Of a stretch of 64,000 nucleotides of DNA, positions 63,231-64,000 are shown piece after piece (within the stretch, counting starts at the first letter, position 1; every line of letters starts with the position of its first letter). The notes under the pieces are model-generated. The model ran no database searches and was not told where the DNA came from. It saw only the letters and a list, made by a program, of their open reading frames with translations. Made by a program: the position numbers and the translations under genes. This DNA is from Hydrolagus affinis (Eukaryota), in NCBI GenBank assembly GCA_012026655.1, contig JAAILG010000505.1, positions 1 to 64,000 of the forward strand. Direction: 5' to 3'.

Positions 63231-64000
63231 GTTGATAAGGGGTTAGCTCACATCTTTCCGCTCACAGTATGGACACATAACCCAACACATTGAGTGATGG
63301 TTTCATCAGTTGGAAGTACAGAACCTCAACGGTAGCTGCTTAACTTACAGCACACCGATCAAACTGATGCAAAGAGTTGTCAGCATTGTACCCGTGGTAT
63401 CTATCCCATTGTTCAATTTGTAGGTCTTTCAAATTCCAGTCTTCTACATTCAAAAATCTATTCAAGAATCCATTTATTAATGTGTATAGAGCAGTGCATT
63501 ACCAGGAGGAAAGCACTTACTGAGCTGTGTGCCAAGATCTTCTGTTTTGTAAGCTCTGTTCATGTAGCAATTAAGTTTGTGCATGTAGTAATTAAGCTAA
63601 ATGTATCAAATGAAATGATTGCCATTCAAAAGAAAGAATGGAATACATCAAATGATGCCCTCATCAATGCGAGCACCTATAGTTACAGATATTTATATTG
63701 AGCTTCATACATGTTATGATAGCAGGAAATGTTCCATCGCGAACAGAATGATTCATGCCACCAACCTGGGTGCTGACACAAACCATTACAGGTCAAGTGT
63801 GAAACTGGTGGAACTACTCCTTCTCCTGCTGGAGTCAGTGAGCCTAACATTCAATACCCGTGGTGTTGTTTCCTGTGAAATCTGTTTGCGTTTGTGGTAC
63901 AAACTCCTGGGTAGGTCACAGCCCCTGTTTTGTCTCCCATTTGTGATTCTGTATCTGGCAGTGTCATTTGCCATATGTTCCCCACACGGTTACATTGATT

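Noticed and set aside
63330-63500. Minus-strand open stretch LINGFLNRFLNVEDWNLKDLQIEQWDRY.. ending at GCT|gtaagt
   Set aside because: No suitable upstream acceptor or start, an in-frame stop just upstream, and no recognisable homology.
1-64000. CRISPR arrays, operons or other prokaryotic/viral systems
   Set aside because: The window is a spliced vertebrate gene. There is no regularly spaced repeat-spacer array and no long ORF.

Overview
Vertebrate genomic DNA, AT-rich and CpG-poor. The SINE/L2/CR1 repertoire points to a cartilaginous fish, probably a holocephalan (inference). The whole window lies inside a + strand cadherin-23 (CDH23, hair-cell tip-link cadherin) gene. Eight internal coding exons (129, 79, 113, 189, 150, 159, 65 and 238 nt) have GT-AG boundaries and compatible phases. 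They splice into one 374-codon open frame covering roughly the end of EC2 to the start of EC6. The start and stop codons lie outside the window. The introns hold tRNA-headed SINEs, ancient DeuSINE/AmnSINE2/LF-SINE-like relics, L2 and CR1 LINE fragments, pogo/Tigger-type DNA elements, microsatellites and a 100-N gap. The most notable extras are a decayed 28S rRNA fragment, a SINE that appears to combine CORE and Deu domains, many ~60-nt L2 'stem-loop-only' stubs, a TTAA-flanked element nested in a Tigger MITE, several long hairpins, and no visible 6-nt CDH23 micro-exon. I did not find a convincing novel multi-gene system. Repeat family names and mammalian comparisons come from recalled sequences, not database searches. 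Repeat boundaries are approximate.
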